Positions 61,877 through 64,000 of a stretch of DNA of 64,000 nucleotides are shown here, piece by piece. The notes beneath the pieces were generated by a model. That model made no database searches and was not told where the DNA came from. It saw only the letters and a list, made by a program, of their open reading frames with translations. The stretch comes from Ignavibacteriota bacterium (lineage in GTDB: Bacteria > Bacteroidota > Ignavibacteria > UBA10030 > CAVZMI01). The position numbers and the translations under genes are program-made. The stretch's first letter is position 1, and each line of letters opens with the position of its first letter. The stretch covers positions 460,063 through 524,062 of the forward strand of contig CAVZMI010000023.1 in assembly GCA_963776275.1 (NCBI GenBank), read 5' to 3'.

Positions 61877-61917
61877 GGGTATTCTCAGATTAATGAAAGA
61901 TGATGTATTAAAAAAGA

Positions 61918-61945
61918 AATATACGAAAGATTTTGGGAAAGGCAA
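61918..61945 (-). promoter_or_regulatory. Sigma70-type promoter for purC
   Basis: TTGCCT-N16-TATATT. Confidence 0.5.
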
Positions 61946-61974
61946 GAAAGAGAAAACTTTAAAACAGAAGGGAG

Positions 61975-63144
61975 CTACTGTGGAAGCAGGAGGGTAAATT
62001 TACTTCCCACACCCGGTATACTTGAGACATTCAATGTCCCCCCATTGATTTCGGCGAAGGTACGGGAGATATAGAGACCGAGGCCGATTCCCTGTTGTTC
62101 GTTCCGGTTTCGGCCAACCTGATAAAATCGCTCAAATATGTGCGGAAGTTCATGGGACTCGATACCCGAACCACTATCCTGAACCTCGACACTTATCGCC
62201 CGATCAAGGATCGTGAGACTCAACTTGATAACCCCGTCCTTCGACGTATACGTTATCGCATTATCCATCAACCGTCTGAGAATCTCCCGAACCTGGACTT
62301 CACATCCGGTGACCCGAACATCCTGACGCGGCATTTCTTTTATCAGGGTAATCTCTTTTTCTTTCGCCCGTTCCATAAATTGCAGTTTAACTTCATCTAC
62401 GACACGGGAGAGATCGAATGGTGCACGGCACTGATGCGCCTCTCGCATTGCATATGATGCCTCAATACGCGCCACGGTCAGAAATTCCTCCATGAGAATC
62501 TGGAGACGATCGGTTCCGTCCTTGAGAATCTGATAAAACTTTCTCAGGCTGTCCTCATCGAAATTGACCGATTCATCCGTAAGAATATCCGAGACTCCTT
62601 TAATGTGCGTAAGCGGTGTTCGGAATTCATGAGAAAATAGATGAAGCAATTTTTTCTTGATTGTGTCGAGTTCCGTGTCCAGCGCTTTCTTGATCTGTCC
62701 CGCCCGATGGAGCCGGCCTTTTATCACCGAGAGGAGCAACGGCATATCCACCGGCTTTGAAAGAAAATCATCAACGCCGAGTTCTTTACTCTGGCGGTAC
62801 GACTCATAATCATTATATGCCGTAAGATAAATGAACGGCAGTCCGCTCCAATGTGGATTTTTTGACAGACGCTTAAAAAATTCAAATCCATCCATCTGCG
62901 GCATTCGGATGTCGGATATAATCAGATCGGGAATGGATTGAATCATAATGGCAAGAGCCTGCTGGCCATCTTCGGCTTCAACAATAGTATATCCCTGCTC
63001 TCCAAGCATTTTGCGAAGGAGCACTCGAAAGGCGAGATCATCATCAACAATAAGAATCGTCGCGCTTGATGAATTATCCGAAGTTTTTTGTGTCACTGTA
63101 TGTTCTCTGATGACCGACTCAATATCGAATTCTCGATAAAACAT
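61975..63144 (-). CDS. Hybrid response regulator / histidine kinase (REC-HisKA-HATPase)
   Basis: [43 protein letters not shown]. Start uncertain. Confidence 0.9.
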   Translation of the reverse strand: MFYREFDIESVIREHTVTQKTSDNSSSATILIVDDDLAFRVLLRKMLGEQGYTIVEAEDGQQALAIMIQSIPDLIISDIRMPQMDGFEFFKRLSKNPHWSGLPFIYLTAYNDYESYRQSKELGVDDFLSKPVDMPLLLSVIKGRLHRAGQIKKALDTELDTIKKKLLHLFSHEFRTPLTHIKGVSDILTDESVNFDEDSLRKFYQILKDGTDRLQILMEEFLTVARIEASYAMREAHQCRAPFDLSRVVDEVKLQFMERAKEKEITLIKEMPRQDVRVTGCEVQVREILRRLMDNAITYTSKDGVIKLSLTILDRAISVEVQDSGSGIESHELPHIFERFYQVGRNRNEQQGIGLGLYISRTFAEINGGTLNVSSIPGVGSKFTLLLPQ

Positions 63145-63345
63145 GGCTCATTTTTCCCCCCTCCACTTCCAACATATCAATATCACTATTTTCATGTTGT
63201 GACGCAGTCCACATTGAGACCTACATCACGTGGGCGAGCCAGAGACTCATCCATGCCAGCATTCGTTGGTCATGTAAAGTGGGCTCGTCTCGGGGCTGTC
63301 CAAGAATAAAATATTTCTACCAATTATTCAAATGCTTTCAACATA

Positions 63346-63659
63346 GGTTCCCTCGATACTTGTCCCGAGCTTGTCGAGGGACGTCCTGCCCCAAACAACG
63401 GGATAGGACTACTCGGGAACCTGGCTTATGAATTGCCAGGTCATCGAGTTAAAAAGGCTTTTAAGCAGCCACATCGAGATGACCTCGATACTTGTCCTGA
63501 GCTTGTCGAAGGACGCCCTGCCCAAAGAACAGGGCAGGACTACACTTCGACAGGCTCAGTGCGTCGCTCGGTAACCTGGCTATATAACACATAAGGAAAT
63601 AGCCAGGTTGTCGAGTAATCACGTCCCGCCTAAGCGGGACGCGATGTATCGAGACAACC
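63346..63659. repeat. Hairpin repeat family copies F-I in alternating orientation
   Basis: 63346-63426 (-), 63434-63484 (+), 63478-63581 (-), 63601-63659 (+), all with AGCCAGG..GAG / TCGA..ACC-type termini. Confidence 0.85.
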
Positions 63660-63760
63660 ATGAAAATGATCACGTTGAAATTTTTTACTGTCTGAGATTT
63701 TGTTACGGTAAAAATTACTTTATAGACAGCCCCTCATCGAGTCGGGCTGGAGTTTTCAGT

Positions 63761-64000
63761 TTAGAAGGAACATTTTTTCCCGACTGCTTTTCGGAGCCGA
63801 TGTAGATAATCCTCACGTGGAATTTCTGTCGCTCCCATCGAAAGGAGATGAGGTGTGATGAATTGAGTGTCGAGAAGTGTAAAACCATGTGAGCGCAAAC
63901 GTTCGATTAGTCCGACAAGAGCTACTTTCGACGCATCACGCTTGATGTGAAACATCGACTCACCAAAGAATCCCCCACCTATTGCAACCCCGTATAATCC
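63761..64000 (-). CDS. aat: Leucyl/phenylalanyl-tRNA--protein transferase, 5'-partial
   Basis: [17 protein letters not shown]....ASKVAL...LLDTQ..TPHL.SMGA.EI.R..Y. Confidence 0.93.
   Translation of the reverse strand, partial: GLYGVAIGGGFFGESMFHIKRDASKVALVGLIERLRSHGFTLLDTQFITPHLLSMGATEIPREDYLHRLRKAVGKKCSF

Overview
A 64-kb stretch of bacterial chromosome, most likely from an Ignavibacteria-like member of the FCB/Bacteroidota group. This is inferred from two proteins ending in a T9SS-type 'QNYPNPFNP' C-terminal domain, together with Shine-Dalgarno sites and canonical TTG-N17-TATATT promoters. Nearly all genes are on the minus strand. The left third is housekeeping: TolC/HlyD efflux, CCA-adding enzyme, RlmI-like methyltransferase, tag, spmAB, ridA, parAB beside a DnaA-box cluster (oriC candidate), lutABC and an isolated GMP-synthase B subunit. 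The middle holds a redox ECF/anti-sigma module and an apparent six-gene exported signalling operon: CsgG-like protein, giant T9SS beta-propeller, WD40-caspase, DUF4384, CHASE2-adenylate cyclase and DUF4384-caspase. Next come a dynamin-like GTPase locus whose first gene is split by an in-frame stop and a TM anchor, a pseudokinase-adenylate cyclase-TPR receptor, and an archease-rtcB-AddA-like operon. purC, a hybrid kinase and aat close the window. Non-coding DNA carries a dispersed hairpin repeat family (9 copies) with compensatory stem changes and nested inserts, and two related palindromes sit in-frame inside genes. Nine of ten apparent frameshifts fall on GGWCC, which points to methylation-driven base-calling errors rather than pseudogenes. 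No rRNA, tRNA, CRISPR-cas or transposase was seen. All family assignments come from motif recognition by eye, not from database searches.
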